The translations under genes and the position numbers were made by a program. From contig OZ024745.1 in NCBI GenBank assembly GCA_964016885.1, forward strand, positions 132,742,001-132,806,000: a stretch of 64,000 bases of DNA, given 5' to 3'. Under the pieces are notes generated by a model. That model saw only the letters and a program-made list of their open reading frames with translations. It searched no databases and was not told the origin of the DNA. Below are positions 1 through 12,640 of the stretch, piece after piece. Source of the stretch: Eledone cirrhosa (taxonomy: Eukaryota). Position 1 is the first letter of the stretch, and the number at the start of each line of letters is the position of its first letter.

Positions 1-295
1 TATAACTGACCTCGAAAGACATCTTCAAAAATCTAGGCCAGCAACAATCACAACGGATTCCGAGCTCTGGCCAGTTAAGTGTCCTCGAGTCGTTTATGCA
101 CAATTGACGCAGTACATGAACCAATTCCGTGTCCGCACCAGTCTTACCCGGGGCAAGATATCCGCTCTGCGCCGCTTATGACGCCGCAATCATTTTGCCA
201 TTAAACCCACTGATAAAGGTGGTGCCGTGGGGAGGAACACTACGCAAATATACAAGCCTTTATCTTCTGACCCCATCCCAGACTAACAACAGCTG
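1..295 (+). mobile_element. Penelope-like element (PLE) reverse transcriptase N-terminal fragment, degraded
   Basis: Reads TSLTRGKISALRRL*RRNHFAIKPTDKGGAVG, then ...QIYKPLSSDP. This matches the PLE RT N-terminal pattern NLT..E..AL..L....I.IKPADKG.AVV...Y..L..DP (DKG motif). Confidence 0.75.
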
Positions 296-299
296 ATGC

Positions 300-562
<263 letters not shown>

Positions 563-564
563 AT

Positions 565-958
565 CTGAATTGTATAGTGTTTAGGTTATAAAAGTGATAG
601 CACCAAATCTTTGTAAAGGGATTTAGAAACTGAAATAATTGGGAGATGGTATAAGGTTATAACAAGTGCCACTTCAGGTATATTCATTTCAATCATTAAT
701 TGTGTTAGATTCCAAGATAATAATCTAAGATACATCGGAAAACTCTCTGAAGGCTATTATTTTGCTTTAATCACCAACAGTTCAAGGCTAAGTTCAACAC
801 AAGACACTACATGAATAATAAATTTAATTCCTTGAGGAAATGTGTGTCAAATATTTAAAAAATCTTGAGATTTTCTGCTAACCATTACGTCGGAATGAAT
901 GACATTACTTTTTCAGAGAAAAAACTAAATATTAATATATTCCAAGGAAACGAATAGG
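565..958 (+). pseudogene. Decayed leucine-rich-repeat coding segment (probable Toll-like receptor pseudogene, part 1)
   Basis: With stops and a frameshift it reads IKVIAPNLCKGI*KLK*L...QVPLQVYSFQSLIVLD/QDNNLRYIGKL, which fits the LxxLxLxxNxL pattern. Confidence 0.55.
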
Positions 959-1000
959 CGACAAGAATGTGTATATAGAGATACATACATATATACATAC

Positions 1001-1578
1001 ATGGTGGCTGCCAACTCGTTTGCGAGTACGGCCACTTCTTTATATCCACGTAGGAACCACTACCGATGCGCTGAACGAGTGTGATTTTCCAGCGACTTGA
1101 AAACTCTGGTACAAACACTATACTTGTGACATTGATTGACACATAGTGCTGGGCCCTTGGTACCATGTAACGACAAGTGCAGAGAGATCTCCAGATATAA
1201 AGCAATTCCTGTGCCGTGAAGCTTTTATAGTGAGCAAAGGCACTGCACAAAGCCAGTCCCACTCTCTTAACCAAGATGATATTTACCAAAAAGAAGAACA
1301 AGTCAACATCATTGGATACCATCAGTGTTGCAGGTGTTATATCAGAGTTTTCCTTCTCCTAGAATTCTGCCTTGACAAAGGCTAAGGGGTCATCTCTCCC
1401 GGTGATTTTGGATGGCCATTGACTCTTAAGAGCTCCTTTTCTCTTTGACAGGTTTTGTTTTTAGTCCCGCTGGATGTCCAAAGTCACCCTCCTCACCAAG
1501 AAACCTTGGTGGGGTTGCCAGTTTAGTCGCCAACGACCCGGGATACATGTTACCAGTAGCACCAACTGGTGACCTGAC
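1001..1578 (-). mobile_element. ~600 bp non-coding (TATG)n-associated short retroposon, near full-length copy
   Basis: High identity to 18746-19354 (+) and 18297-18709 (-). Both ends abut (CATA)n/(TATG)n-like tracts. Confidence 0.85.
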
Positions 1579-1686
1579 ATATACATACATACCTTCATAC
1601 ATACATAGACACATAGATACGCAAACACACACCCACACACAATCACACACACACACACGCACATATATACACATACATATATATAT

Positions 1687-1726
<40 letters not shown>

Positions 1727-1831
1727 GCGCCCGTGTCTGTTTCTGTCTATGAGCGAATGTGGTGTTATATGTGTGTGGATGTGAGTCCGTGTATCTATGT
1801 GAAAGCGAGAGCCTATGTGTGAAATGGAGGA

Positions 1832-1862
<31 letters not shown>
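1579..1862. repeat. (CATA)/(CA)n/(TA)n low-complexity tract
   Basis: Seen directly. Confidence 0.9.
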
Positions 1863-1865
<3 letters not shown>

Positions 1866-1899
1866 TGTAAGTGTGTTTATTTATGTGTCCGTAGTCGTG

Positions 1900-2560
1900 T
1901 GAAATTAGAAAAGTGATGAACATACTTCATTTCTCTTTGTTTCACTTGGCACTGATAAAGGAGATGTAAAAATATAAAGCGTGACACGAGATTTCTAAAG
2001 ATAAAATGAACTAAAATTAAACGAAAACAAAAATGATTTAATGAAATTTTGATTAACATCCGAATTATTTCAAACTGACATCGGTCATTGAAGAATGTAT
2101 ATATCAAGCTAATACAATCGATATATGTTTATTTTATTTTATTTTTATCACATGATTAATTTATTCACGAGACAAGCAGCTAGACCTTTTGATAAAACCG
2201 TTGCAAGTCAAAGAGAAAATGATTGTCAGAAATTAAAGAAGGTACAAAATAGATTTTAGTAAATGTATGGGTATGTTAAAAACATCTTAATGAGAAGAAG
2301 AAAAGGAAGTACACCTCCTTGGAAATAATAGAATGTGGATATGAAATATAAAGCAATGCCAGGGTAATTATTAAAAACATATATGATGAAAGGGGATTTA
2401 ATTGAGGCGATAATTTGAGAATATTTAAGCATATATTTTATCATATGCAACATTAAATAAAGACAAAGGAATATACACAAGTATTCTGACTATATACATA
2501 CATCCATTAATTAATGCATATTGTGGAGTATTTTCCGTGAGTTTCAATAATTCATTTAAG
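1900..2560 (+). pseudogene. Decayed LRR coding segment (TLR pseudogene, part 2)
   Basis: Broken-frame motifs KQLDLLIKPL, KIDFSKCMG and EYLSI resemble LxxLDLSxNxL repeats. Confidence 0.45.
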
Positions 2561-2571
2561 AGTACATAATG

Positions 2572-2608
<37 letters not shown>

Positions 2609-2717
2609 TATTATTTTAAAACAAGAAGTGATCAACGCAGTACAAGGAAAGAGCCGATAATTGTATTCTAGCGTTACAAGAAAATCTTAGTCAACTTCAG
2701 ATTTAATGACAATCACG

Positions 2718-2918
2718 ATTAAGTGAGTGGTTAGAGTATTGGGCTTGCAATAGAAAGGTTGTGAGTTCAATTTCTCGGACACTTTATTTCACGTTGCTCC
2801 AGTTTACTCAGCTGTAGTAATTAGATGATAGGACTATCATTAAATTACCCAAGACACCTCCAACGAGATATACCTTGCAGGAGGCCAGCTAAACCTGCAT
2901 AGGTGTGAGCTGTCACAC
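2718..2918 (+). mobile_element. tRNA-derived SINE, family B (internally deleted copy)
   Basis: A/B-box-like head (agtggttagag...gagttcaatt). The body matches 63150-63390 and 28731-28968. Confidence 0.85.
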
Positions 2919-2929
2919 ATGAAATATAT

Positions 2930-3120
2930 GTTTTCTGATTCAGGCACAAGGACAACAATATTAGGGGGATGGGAAAGTCGATTAAATCAACCCCAGTGTG
3001 TTAATGGTACTTTATTTATTGACCACGTAAGAATGAAAGGCAAAGCTAACCTCTGCGGGGTTTGAACTCAGAACGTAAAGGGACGTAACTATATGCCGCA
3101 TTACCGATACTACCAATCCA
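2930..3120 (-). mobile_element. tRNA-derived SINE, family A
   Basis: Reverse complement of the core gagttcaaatcccgccgaggttaactttgcctttcatcc...gtcgataaaataaagtacc shared by about 14 copies in the window. Confidence 0.85.
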
Positions 3121-4099
3121 CCCCCCTTGTATGTATATAATGCTCAATATTCACCTCATAAATGGATGTGATATCAATAATTAACTACACTGTTAGTAAA
3201 GATATGTTTATTTATTACACCAAATTGCCAATAGATGTCTCACCACCCATGTTCGATACAATGCTGGTGGTTCTTTTATACCAAGCTCTCCAGTCAGGTC
3301 GTATCCTTGCTGGACATGTGGTATTTTAACTAATAGCAGAAGACTGGAGATCAAATACTACAACACATCCTGGACTTGTAATCGTGAGAGTACTATTTCT
3401 TACTGCGGCTAAATGATTTCTTCGGTCAGAAGAAGACGAAATCATCGTGAATAATAAGTTTCAACAGATTAAATATATATTATTTTCTATATGTTTAGGA
3501 AAGTAATTGTTTATACGTCATAATCAGGTTACGTAAATAACGGTTGCTTTTAGAATCTATTAACATTCATCTAAATACCAATACTTGCGCTCTTAGTAAA
3601 GAAACGAGGTAAAATGCATGAATAAAATTTCAGTTAAAGACTGAAGCGTTGCTTTTTCTCTTTTTACGTCAGAAATCAATTCCTTGTCCCCATCTTCTAA
3701 TATTAAATTACACCTTAAAACAAACTCTGATATCTTACAATTTTAAGAATGCTATTTCATTTTCATTATTGTTGTTTTAATTAATATTGTTATTTTTATT
3801 GTCATGTTTATCATCTAGATGAAAGCTTTTCCAGCGTAATTGTGTTTTACCAAGTTAATTAATAAATTTAATCCACAGAAAATTAAACAACAAAGAATTT
3901 CCTGGAAATAATGTAATCTAGTGTTCATTATTGTTCATTATCAGTGTCAGTTTTTGTTTCTTTATTAATAATGTTTATTTTAAATTTTGTTATTCATGTT
4001 GCTGCTATGGTTAGTCTAGATAGTATCGGCATATAAAATATGTATTGTCATTTTATTTTTCAATTTAAGGTTTTTCTTTTTTTTCTTCTTTTTTGTAGA

Positions 4100-4250
4100 C
4101 ACTTCACGAAAGAAAATCTATCAGAATGACCGCATGCTGTTAGTAATTATACAGTAAAAGCTCTGTTTCTTCAGAAAACTCCTTATAAGAAAAGCTGTTA
4201 TAGGAAGTTTTCTGGATTTGTCAATTACTAATTTTCATTCGCAGTAGTAA
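4100..4250 (+). pseudogene. Decayed LRR segment (TLR pseudogene, part 3)
   Basis: NYTVKALFLQKTP and SFLDLSITNF in adjacent frames. Confidence 0.35.
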
Positions 4251-4433
4251 GTCATCTCAATAATAATTAAAACTTCCCTCAATATTGTTTTTATTAGTTT
4301 CATGAACATACTACTTTTCAAAATTTAATTTGCTTTTGGATTTTAAATCTAATTCCGGAAAATGTTTTTCGAGTAGTTTTTTCCTCTTTTTATTTCGTTT
4401 ATTTTTTAGAAGTTTTGTTAAGACAAACAAACA

Positions 4434-4467
<34 letters not shown>

Positions 4468-4699
4468 TTTTCTTTATTAACCACAAGGGTTTACATAAAG
4501 TAGACATTAAGGACAGTACAGGACAATACAGGACGGTACAAATGGGCATTTCTGCGTGTAAAAAACAAGAAACAGAGGATGTAATAATAGAACAATGAAA
4601 AAATTCCCCAATAGGGGGGAGATTTCCGAGGGGCATTCGTGGAGAAAGCCCATTAAAAAGCCACAGTGACCCTGACCACCAGGGCAAGTGCCGTCTCCC

Positions 4700-7600
4700 T
4701 GTTTTGCACCTTTAATTTACAGACACATACTCAGACTAGGCCCATTCACTCGGGCCATTCTTGCTTCTCTCACCCATCTTTAAACAAAATGCTGGGAGGG
4801 AGCACCCCCCTCTCTACCCTGATTTTCCTTTTCAAATGAAATTTGAAAAAGTTAATCAGGGCATCACCGAAGAGGTAATTGCTCGTCTTCAGCCCTTTCA
4901 AACGTGTCCACAATACTATCTCTTTCGCCATGGCTACCAGACAGATAAAAACTGCCTGCCCTTACCGGCTAAAGGAAGAGGCCGGGGCAATCCTGACGAT
5001 GGACTCAGCTGATAGCCGGATCCGTTCTACACGCGACAGCAGGTGTTCGACATAAACCCACAAGACAGCAATGCTCGGACACTGGACGAGTGCGTGCAGG
5101 ACGGTTTCGTCGCCCTGCGCGCATCTCGGACATGCCCGGCTGACGGCACTTCCATATCTGTAGATTTTATCCCGAACTGTCAAAGCTCCTCGGTAGCAAT
5201 GCCAGGTCAGGGATTTCTGGTAGTTGTCCATAAGCCCCGGCCCGAAAGTTCTCCCGAAGAGATTGGCTAGTTGATTTTCGTCGACGCCTAGAGTTTCTCC
5301 AAGTACGTCGTCGCTCTTCCTCTCCACTAATCTTCTATAGAACGCCAAGGTGGAGTTTCCACCGATCACATTGCCCTATTGGTCGAGGGCTGTGAGCGCC
5401 TGAAGACATTCCAGTCTCCAATCGCTCCCTCTCGCTCTTCGCTTGACCCATGACTGCAGCTCCGTCAAGGAGACGAGCTGGGGATAGACGCGTCTGGCAA
5501 ACGGCGACCACACCTGATCACCATCGAGGAAGAGGTGGAGATGTCGTAGCCTGAGCGCGTCTCTGCGCATCATCAGCCACGGCATGCCCAGCCCTCCACG
5601 TAGCGGGTGTTGACAGCAGATGGACCGCCTGACCATCGGAGCGCGTCCCTTCCACAAAAGGCGAAAGAGCAAACACTCCAGCGCAGTTAGGCGAGGCTTA
5701 GGACAAGGTACGACGGTCAGGCGGTAGGAGATGACGGACGCGATGTACGCGTTAGCCACCTCCGCTCGACCTTTCAGGGATAGCTTGCTCTCTGCTCACT
5801 TCTGGGTGAGAGAAGTGACCCTGCTCGTCACCTCGTCCCAGTTTTTGTCCGTCTGGAGGTCCGGACCAAACCAAACCCCTAGCAATTTAACCGATTCGTC
5901 CGTCCAGCGCCCGACGACGCTGTTGGACGGCATGGATCTGCCTCTGCAGGTGCCGAGCTGCAGGACCACTGACTTTTCCTGGTTGATCATTGCTGCTGTC
6001 ATCGCTTCGTATTCTCTTAGTGTAGTGCCAATCGCCTTGATGTGTTTGGCGTTCGACACCACAACGGTGACATCGTCCGCATATGCTGACACGGGTCTTC
6101 CGCATCCTAGTTCGAGCGAGATCTCCCTCAACGTCACCAGTTGTGCAGTAATGGCTCGAGAGTCAATACGTACAAGAGGGGCGAGAGGGGACATCCTTGG
6201 CTGACCGAGCGCATGATGTTGAACAGTTCCGAAAGGTGACCGTTCACTCTCACCCCAGAGCAGATGTCGCTGTGCATGGCAGCGATCCAGCCTCTGAAGA
6301 CCGGTCCAAAGCCAGCCGGCCTCAGGACTGCCGCTTTGTAACGATGGTCGATCCTATCGAAAGCTTTCGACTGATCTAAATTGATCAAGGACCCACCCGT
6401 GCCAAGTTCCCTAGCTACCCTCTCCACGATGTATCGCATGAGGTGGAGTTGTCGGGGATGGATCTGTCGGGAATGGCGCATGTCGGCGCCTCTCCCACCA
6501 GACCACTAACGACAAGCGCCAACCTCATTGCTAGCACCTTGGCCAAGATCTTGAACTAAGATTTTAGCAGAGTTATGGGCCTGAAATTATCTATGTTATC
6601 CCCCTTGTTCGGATACTTTATCAGCAGTGCCACAGCTCCTCGGCTCACAGAGCTCGGAATTCTCCCGTTCTGTTGCCAGTTGCAGTAGATGTCCGCCAAG
6701 AGGCCTCCGAACAAGTCTGGCAGCTGTACGTAAAGTTCATAGGACAGACCATCCAAACCAGGCGATTTACCCCTTGTGCAGCCAGTCATTGCCTCCCGTA
6801 CTTCAGCGGTTGTTATCGGCTTTTCGCAACACTCCGCCTCAGTGGCCGAGAGCCGCGGCAGTCCGTCGAGGTAAACACTAAAGTCCATGCCTCGATCCGG
6901 CCCGCCGCTGCCCGCGAACAGCTGTGCGAAGTGTCGCTGAAAAGCTTCACACATTTGCCCGGGGTCGAGTAGCATGCGCCCGTCGTGGTCCACCAAAGAC
7001 CGGATCGTGGCTTTGTTGCCACGACGCGCCTCCGCCATTCGGGCCCATTGAACGGCTTTCGTCCCCTCGTGTCTGAGAGCATGCACCCTAGCTCTGACAA
7101 CGCAGCCTTCGTGCTTTGCATTGAAGGGCCAATTTCGCCGCAAGTACGTCGGTCTCGATACCTTTGCTAAGCGCCTCGTCTAATTTTCTAACTAATTCTC
7201 CCTCTGCTCTATTTTTCTCTATTGCTAAAGCCTTACTCAACCTAATGGACTCTATTCTAATTACTCTTTTCAGAGCAAACCACCACTTGTTGTTGACGAT
7301 GGCCCCCGTCAACGCCAGCTTAACTAGTTCGCTAATCCGGTCTCTGTAGACCATGTGCGCTGGTAATGACGCGTTTAGCTTCCAGTAGCCGGGTCCTCGT
7401 CTATCAAACCTATCTAAGTCAAGCACACAGATCACGGATTTGTGGTCCGTGTAGCTGACTATCTTGAATTGTGGACAGCCTATGCTAGACCTATCTATTT
7501 CCCTACAAAATACTCTATCTAGATATGATCTGGATGACCCGATACGGTTTGTCCATGTCCACATTGGCACATTCGGGAAATCCAATCGGTACCTGTCAGA

Positions 7601-8097
7601 CAGTTCAAAACGCCCGAGCAGGTGGGCGAGGCTCTTGCACCCTCCTCCCCTATCCGCTAATCCCACACAATCCCAGCGCCCAGTAACACTAAATAGCGTG
7701 ACGTTCCCAGAAAGGTGTTCAGACGCCGGAAGAAAATCAGGCCACCCTGCTCCTGTCGGGGCATAGACGGCCACTAGCCTGAAAGCTTGCCCGTCTCCGC
7801 TGGTCACGTCCAGCACCACCAACTTACCCTCTGGGTCCAGGGAGATGGCCCGTATGGCGAGATACAAACCTCTCCGAAAAATCACAGCAACTCCTCCCCC
7901 CGATCCAGTACGGCTGGGAGATGCGTACACATCGTAGCCGCCGGAGATCGGTGCGAAGGTACGTGCTTCGGAGTTTCTGGTTCGGTGATGGCCACTACAT
8001 CTATATTTAGTGACCTGAGGTCGTTGAGCATGTGGCCCTGCTTCCATGACGACCCCAAGCCACGCGCATTTATGCTGCCTATTCTGAGTGAGGTCAT
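4700..8097 (-). pseudogene. LINE ORF2 (endonuclease/reverse transcriptase), disrupted
   Basis: ORF-track fragments 7882-8097, 7088-8131, 6556-7143, 6134-6481, 5796-6194, 5376-5759 and 4962-5369 tile one ORF2 across frameshifts. Confidence 0.9.
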
Positions 8098-8099
8098 GT

Positions 8100-9514
8100 T
8101 GAAATGGAGTGGAAAAGATGGGAAAGACCACTTACCTTACTTCTCGTAGAGGAAGGATGGTTACTCCATCCTTTTGAATGCTTGTGGCCTCCTCCGGAAG
8201 GATGTCCTTATAAATCCTCCTAGAGAGTGCTTGTCGGAAGTCTCCGATGTCTTTGGGGAATTTTTGTTTTAGTATCTGTGTGATGCGAATGATTTGTATG
8301 TGTGGAGGTGGTGTGAACTTTTGGGGTGTTGTGTAGTCTTTTTCTGTGATGCTGGTGTTGTGTTGGATGTAATGTAATAATTGGTTGTTGTTCAAATTTA
8401 ATACTGTGTAGTGTGTCTCGTTTTGGTTGTTTTGTTTTGTTTGCGTTTGTTGTGGGTTTGTTTCTGTTTCGCTTTTTGGTGACTTTTGTGGTGTTGGTGA
8501 TGGTGGTGTTGGGGTTAATGATGGTGATGGTGTTGGTGTTTGTGGTGATGGGGTTGAAGATGCTGGTGTGGATGGTGGCATAGCTGTCCTAACTTTTTTG
8601 TTTGATAGTTTATTTGTTTACATCTGTATTTTGTTTTTGGAGGGGGAAGGAGGGGATTTTTTCTTTTTTGGCTTCTTTTTCTTTTTTTCTTTTTTCCTGA
8701 TACCGTTTCCAATTCATCGTTGCGATAGGCCGGTGAGTGGAAATTCCTCCACAGGCGTTGGTTTTGGTTGTGGCGTGGTGGATGGTGTAGGCGCTGGTGC
8801 TAATTCTGGGGCGTTGGGTGGTGGTGGTGTTGGTTTTGCTACTGTTGCTGGGGTTGTTACTGCTACAGTTGCTTCTATTGTTGCTGGTACAGTTATTGCT
8901 GCCATTTCTGCTGCTGGTGGTGTTGATGGTTGAGTCACTGGGGTGGGTAAAGAGGTGGCTTCAACCTATTAGCCTGAGGGCAGAAAGCTCTTAGGTGGGT
9001 TCCTTCACCACAAACGACACACCTAGGCCTTCTACCCTCGACGAATACGGTAAGGTGGCTGCCGTCAGTGATGTCTATTACCTCTGGGATCTCCTCAATG
9101 CTTTTTTTGGTCCGCTTGGATCAGGAGCTCCATCCCAGATCCGGACCAGTTCTCCTGCTTTTCTTTTGCTATTTCGATTATCTTGGTGTTGGCCTGGATG
9201 CCGGCGAGGACGGCAGCCATTAGCCAGGGAATTTTGATGGCCGGTGGAACGTGGGTCACCCTGATATTCACGATTTTCTGGCCACAATAGCTTGGTAGGA
9301 GTGTGAAGTCGTCGCTTCTTAATGGGGCCATGGAGTGCTCTCTGGCCTCCTGTGGTGTTCCAAAGAACACGTTCACGGTTCCATATTTCTGGCCACATCT
9401 GATGTGGGTTTTTTCCGCCCACACATGTCCCAAAGCTTTTTGGATTTGGGACTCGGATGCTCGTTCCACTCGGCGCGATTTTATGTTAATCGTTCGCAAT
9501 AAGACACGGTGCAT
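8100..9514 (-). pseudogene. LINE ORF1, disrupted (RRM-like N-terminus, Pro/Thr-rich linker, basic patch)
   Basis: Fragments 9095-9514, 8714-8938 and 8132-8581 lie directly upstream of ORF2 on the same strand. Confidence 0.7.
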
Positions 9515-9569
9515 AGGCGCCGATGCTCCCTTTTATTAGGTGGGGGTGAGGCTGAACCTATACCCATCT

Positions 9570-10168
9570 TTCTTTACCATTTTCTTGGCTGGAGACCTGA
9601 TGTGATGGGCAGGGTGATCCACTGGCACCTATGCACAGTAAACAATTTATCACATTCTGAGAAGTGGTATGAGCATAAATCAGAGTCGGTGATAGAAAAC
9701 GAACAGGTGAAGGTGCTGTGGGGTTTTAGGATACAGACGGACAAGAAACTGAAACAAAATAGACCTGACCTGGTGGTTTTGGACAAGGAAAAAAGATCGT
9801 GCCTGATTGTGGATGTAGCATGCCGATTCGACACAAGAGTGCAAGAAAAGGAGAGGGAGAAAATTAATCGATACCAGGACTTAAAGTGGGAGGTAAAAAG
9901 GATTTGGAACTGCCATGAAGTCAAAGTGGTCCCGATTGTCATAGGCGCACTAGGTACTATCTCAAAGAGTTTCCAAGGACGGTTAATGAAAATTGGGCCC
10001 GCCCCGCTTTTTGGAACACTTCAAAAGGCATGCTTAATGGGAACAGCAAGAACCCTCCGATACGTCCTGAATATCTGAGGCTGCAGGTAGTGGCTTGATA
10101 TTCATTTCAACAAACTTTAAAGTTAAAGAACATCAATGACTGAGACTCAAAGAATAATAATAATAATG
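9570..10168 (+). mobile_element. R4/Dong-type RLE LINE 3' fragment with (TAA)n tail
   Basis: KVLWGFRIQTD...NRPDLVVLDKEKRSCLIVDVAC...EKINRYQDL...VVPIVIGALG is a restriction-like endonuclease C-terminus. The fragment ends gactcaaagaataataataat. A second copy is at 57527-58210. Confidence 0.9.
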
Positions 10169-10692
10169 TTAATAATGCTTTTTTATTAACCACAAGGGTT
10201 GACATAAAGTATATCATTAAGGACAGCACAGGGCGGTACAGGACGGTACAAATGAGCATTTCTGCGTGTAAAAGAAAGAACAACAGAGGATGTAAGAAAA
10301 AAAGAAACAACGAAAAATTGTCCAATAGGGGGAGACTTAGAGGGACATTCGTGGAAAGAGCGCATTAAAAACGCCACCGTGACCCTGACCACCATGGCAA
10401 GTGCCCACTCCCAGTTTTCCACCTTCAATTTACAGACGCATATCCAGAGTAGGCTCATTTATTCGAGCCATGCTTCGCTCTCTCACCCATCTTTCAACAA
10501 ACTCTTGGGAAGTGAGCACTTCCCTCTCTACTCTCATTTTCCTTTTCAAATTAAATTTGAAAAAGTTAATCAGGGCATCACCGAAGAGGTAAGTCCTCGT
10601 TTTCAGCCCTTTCAAACGCGTCCACCACACTATCTCTTTCGTTATGGCCAACAGACAGATAAAAACTGCCTGCCTTTCCCCAGCTAAAGGAA
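10160..10692 (-). mobile_element. L1/Tx1 LINE 3' fragment (same family as 4435-9515)
   Basis: Alignable by eye to 4460-4980. Confidence 0.9.
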
Positions 10693-10789
10693 CAGGGGGG
10701 GGGGGGTTACATTTAAAACGTGTCAAAATATAAATAACAATAACAAAATAAGAAAAATACAACAATGAAACATTCTCCAAAAGGGGGAT

Positions 10790-11575
10790 AACCTCCCCCA
10801 AGGTTGACTCAGGTACCTCCCCAATCCTGAACCCACTGACGCTGCCACAGCACCTGGGAAGGGCACTCCAGGAAGCGGTGAGTAATCTCTGGAAGTCTGA
10901 GGTCACAGGAGCAGTTAAAGAGCTCAAATGTGACAAGGCCACTGGGGAGGAGGTAATTCGGCTAGTGATGTTAAACACCTTAGATAGAGAAGATATTCTC
11001 AGGTCGACTCGTATGTGTCGGCTGCCTAAACTTCTGGGAAGACTCCTAAGCAATGGCAATCGGGAATTGTAATCCACATTTTCAAAAAAAGAGACAAAAA
11101 GGTTGCTCCAATTCTAAAGGGGTTGTTTTGTAAGCCTCTCCGGTAAGTTCTTTGCTAATTGTCTGACAAAGAGATGTAGGGATATTGTAGAGTCCAAGTT
11201 AGCTGATGAACAGTGTGGTTTTCGCCACGGACGCGGCACAGCCGACGAAATATTCACACAGTGGTACGTCTCTGAGAAATCGTGGTATATTCTCAAGAGT
11301 TGTATTCTTGCTTTTTAGACATGGAAAATGAATATGGCTGCGTTTCAGGAAACCTGCAGTGAAAGGTTCTCCTGGGGTATAGGATCGATATTCAGGTTCA
11401 TGTTTTCCTAATGTTTCTATACGAATGCTCGATTATTTGTATTCGGATAAATGGTGATAAATCGAAACAATTCAATATGGATGTCATGTTCATGAACAGG
11501 ATTGACATGCGCAGCCGGATTGGATGTGATATCATTACCGGCAGGTGTAGGATTTCGTGTAGGTAAAACCTGAAT
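10790..11575 (+). mobile_element. RTE-clade LINE RT fragment, degraded
   Basis: SEVTGAVKELKCDKATGEEVIR, ESKLADEQCGFRHGRGTADEIF and FMNRIDM. Related to 44200-44400 and 27750-27890. Confidence 0.85.
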
Positions 11576-11589
11576 AATAAATTGTGTTC

Positions 11590-12640
11590 CCTACTAGTGA
11601 CCAGGTTAAACAAATTAGTATAATATATTCAGAATGTAGAATCGTATTTCTATGCCAAAGGTACAACGAGGCTGAATTATTAACCGATGTATGCTAATTA
11701 CAATATGGTGAATACTGAGCCAATGTTATAAGCATGTAAACGAAAGAAACAGCAATAATTGAATTAAAAACCAACAACAAAATAACACTATATCAAACAG
11801 AAATAGAAGCATTACTTCAGCTTGATGGAGTGGGTAAACTTTTGATCAGTAAGTATTGCATTCAATAGAAGCTTCATATGATTGAATCAGGGATTCAATG
11901 TTATTTTTGTTTATTGTATCCTTTATATTTTTGCGCAAGGTCCAGATTCCGAATTAAGAGAGAAATAGTTTTCTTTTTGATTGTTGACAATATTGCTGTC
12001 CACAATTATCGACAAGGATAGCTCTAGATACCAATTTACAGTTTTACTGTTTTGCACATTCTCTTTCCTAAGTAATTTTACTTTTATTTCCTTCTATTTA
12101 GATTGCATGCTTCACATGTCTTTCCTACTTTCCTGATGTATTTTAGTAAGAAATGAAAACCATTAGGTGGATCGGACTTTATTCTACGTACTTATAGCAG
12201 GCCTTCCATTACGATTCCTGATTGTAATGTTCGTGGAATGGCATGAATGGACAATAGCATATGGAACTATATGTATTTCGATACTAGTGATTCAAAAGCT
12301 TGGAGATTATTTGTCTTTCCTTTTCTAAAACTACTGGCGTTAATAATGAGAATGTGAAGTGTTGAATTGTTTATAATGATATATAATGGTGAAACTTGTT
12401 GTTTTGGCGGTTGTTTATAATTTCCTGCGTAGTTGGATAATCTCAGCTTTATTGGAAACATACTCGTAATGCATCCGTTAGAAACACAAAAAGTCTGCCT
12501 TCTTAATCATGAAATGGCATTTGTTCAAGCAGGCATTAGAATATTGATGGATTGCAGTTATTGAACAAGGAATTTAGCTGAACGAAGCAAAGTAAACGCT
12601 GATTGAAAGAGCAGATCTAAAAACTATCAGTACTTAATAT
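11590..12640 (+). pseudogene. Decayed TLR C-terminal half: last LRR/LRR-CT, transmembrane helix, TIR-like segment
   Basis: TNNKITLYQTEIEALLQLDGV...KLHMIESGIQCYFC (LRR-CT-like), TLFYVLIAGLPLRFLIVMFVEWHEWTIAY (TM plus juxtamembrane), YMYFDTSDSKAWRLFVFPFLK and VKLVVLAVVYNFLRSW (TIR box-like). These occur in the expected order. Confidence 0.5.

Larger units (their letters stand above)
4435..9515 (-). mobile_element. L1/Tx1-clade non-LTR retrotransposon, near full length, frameshifted
   Basis: ORF2 pieces: APE endonuclease (SLRIGSINARGL, LVAVYAP, SYLDRV, TDHK, GYWKLN), RT (KSPGLDGL, NFRPITLL, DQSKAFDRIDH, QGCPLSP, AYADDV) and a C-terminal CPRC...ETVLHALVQC zinc finger. ORF1 pieces lie upstream. 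The 3' UTR has AATAAA and an (ATT)n tail at 4435-4466. Confidence 0.95.

Noticed and set aside
4761-9539. Plus-strand ORFs overlapping the L1/Tx1 element (for example 5731-6204 and 8427-8933), and the minus-strand ORF 10430-11077
   Set aside because: They are antisense shadows or chimeric read-throughs of GC-rich LINE sequence.
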